Source of the DNA: Thermoanaerobaculia bacterium
Lineage (GTDB): Bacteria; Acidobacteriota; Thermoanaerobaculia; Gp7-AA8
Assembly (NCBI GenBank): GCA_038244815.1
Contig: JBBRTB010000016.1
Coordinates: forward strand, 29,056 to 93,055
Direction: 5' to 3'
Length of the DNA: 64,000 bases
Position 1 is the first letter of the stretch. The number at the start of each line of letters is the position of its first letter. Both the position numbers and the translations under genes were made by a program. Below, piece by piece: positions 61,716 through 64,000 of this stretch. A model generated the notes under the pieces. The model did no database searches and was not told where the DNA came from. It worked only from the letters and a program-made list of their open reading frames with translations.

Positions 61716-62812
61716 TCAACGCAGCTTCAACGTGGCCAGACTGATCATCGCGAAGATGATGGCGATGATCCAGAAGCGCACGACGACTTTCGTCTCCTTC
61801 CACCCCGACAACTCGAAGTGATGATGGATCGGCGACATCTTGAAGACGCGCCGCCCGGTCAGCTTGAACGAGGCCACCTGGATCATCACCGACAGCGCTT
61901 CGATGACGAACAGACCGCCGACGAAGACGAGAAGGATCTCCTGCTTGATCATTACCGCCAGCGTGCCGATGGCGCCGCCGAGCGCGAGCGAGCCGACGTC
62001 GCCCATGAAGATCTCCGCCGGATGAGCGTTGAACCAGAGAAATCCGAGTGACGCCCCCACCATCGCCCCGCAGAAAACCGCCAACTCGCCGGTCTGCGGA
62101 ACCCAGGCGATGCGCAGATAGTCGGCGATGCGGAAGTGCCCGGCCGCATACGTGAGGATCGTGTAGGTGGCGGCGGCCACGAGCGTCGAGCCGATGGCCA
62201 GCCCGTCCAGACCGTCGGTCAGGTTCACCGCGTTCGACGCCCCGACGATGATGATCATGATGAACAGGATGTACACCGGTCCGTAGAGGTTCAGCTTGAA
62301 GATGTCCGGCCGGAGGAACGGGAACGTCACCGTCGTCGAATAGTTGTTGTGGATGCTGGGCAGATAGGCGATGGCCAGTCCGGCCAGCAGGGCCACGCCG
62401 AACTGCAGCGAGAACTTCTCTTTCGCGGTCAGTCCGAGGCTGCGCTTCTTGGCCAGCTTGCGGTAGTCGTCGACGAAGCCGATCGCACCGTACGCGAACG
62501 TCACGAACAGCACGATCCAGATGTACGGGTTGTAGATGTCGGCCCAGAGAATCGTGGGGATGAGAATGGCCACGTTGATGAGAATGCCGCCCATGGTCGG
62601 CGTTCCCGCTTTCTGCAGATGCGACTTCGGCCCTTCCTCGCGGATGAACTGGCCGAGCTTGATCATCTTCATGCGCTCGATCAGCCAGGGGCCGAGGATG
62701 AAGGAGATCAGCAGTGCGGTGAGCGCGGCGAAGGCCGTGCGGAACGTGATGTAGCGGAATACGTTGAACCCGTGGACCTGTCCGCTCAGCGGATAGAGGA
62801 GGTGGTACAGCA

Positions 62813-62813
<1 letters not shown>
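61716..62813 (-). CDS. mraY: Phospho-N-acetylmuramoyl-pentapeptide transferase
   Basis: Signature motifs [13 protein letters not shown] and HHHFE. 365 aa. Confidence 0.9.

Positions 62814-64000
<1,187 letters not shown>

Overview
This is a 64 kb, high-GC (roughly two-thirds G+C) bacterial chromosomal segment. Much antisense and overlapping ORF noise is typical of GC-rich DNA and is ignored. The left 8.3 kb is the unusual part. It is a translationally coupled plus-strand operon encoding a ferritin-like diiron protein, an S24/S26 signal-peptidase-like protein, a His-rich polytopic membrane protein, and two tandem copies of an [accessory protein + HTTM-domain (vitamin-K gamma-carboxylase/SdpB-like) membrane protein] module. 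Next to it are a formyltransferase, an NTP_transf_5-like nucleotidyltransferase and a DUF218 protein. The block ends at a tRNA-Thr(CGU) / tRNA-Arg(UCG) pair, which is a typical island-boundary context. The rest of the window is core genome: plsX-fabD-fabG with rpmF and yceD, three tandem GT4 glycosyltransferases, a CHASE2 nucleotide cyclase, an M48 protease, CCA-adding enzyme, hpt, uppP, RNase J, AsnRS, a dynamin-like GTPase with a lipid kinase, a 957-aa outer-membrane-type protein, rarA, ppiD, mreBCD-mrdA-rodA, hupB, guaA, and a division/cell-wall cluster murF-mraY-murD-ftsW-murG-murC-ftsQ-ftsA-ftsZ on the minus strand. Beyond the genes, several intergenic sites carry tandem 7-8 nt repeat arrays in inverted pairs that can form long hairpins. 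One of these brackets the RNase J start codon. An AT-rich island carries a promoter, a 19-aa polybasic mini-ORF and a terminator. Several genes show a -10-like hexamer exactly 6-7 nt before the start codon, which suggests leaderless transcripts. An MmcQ/YjbR-family gene carries an in-frame amber codon at a conserved Trp position. No rRNA, CRISPR array or recognisable transposase or integrase was seen.
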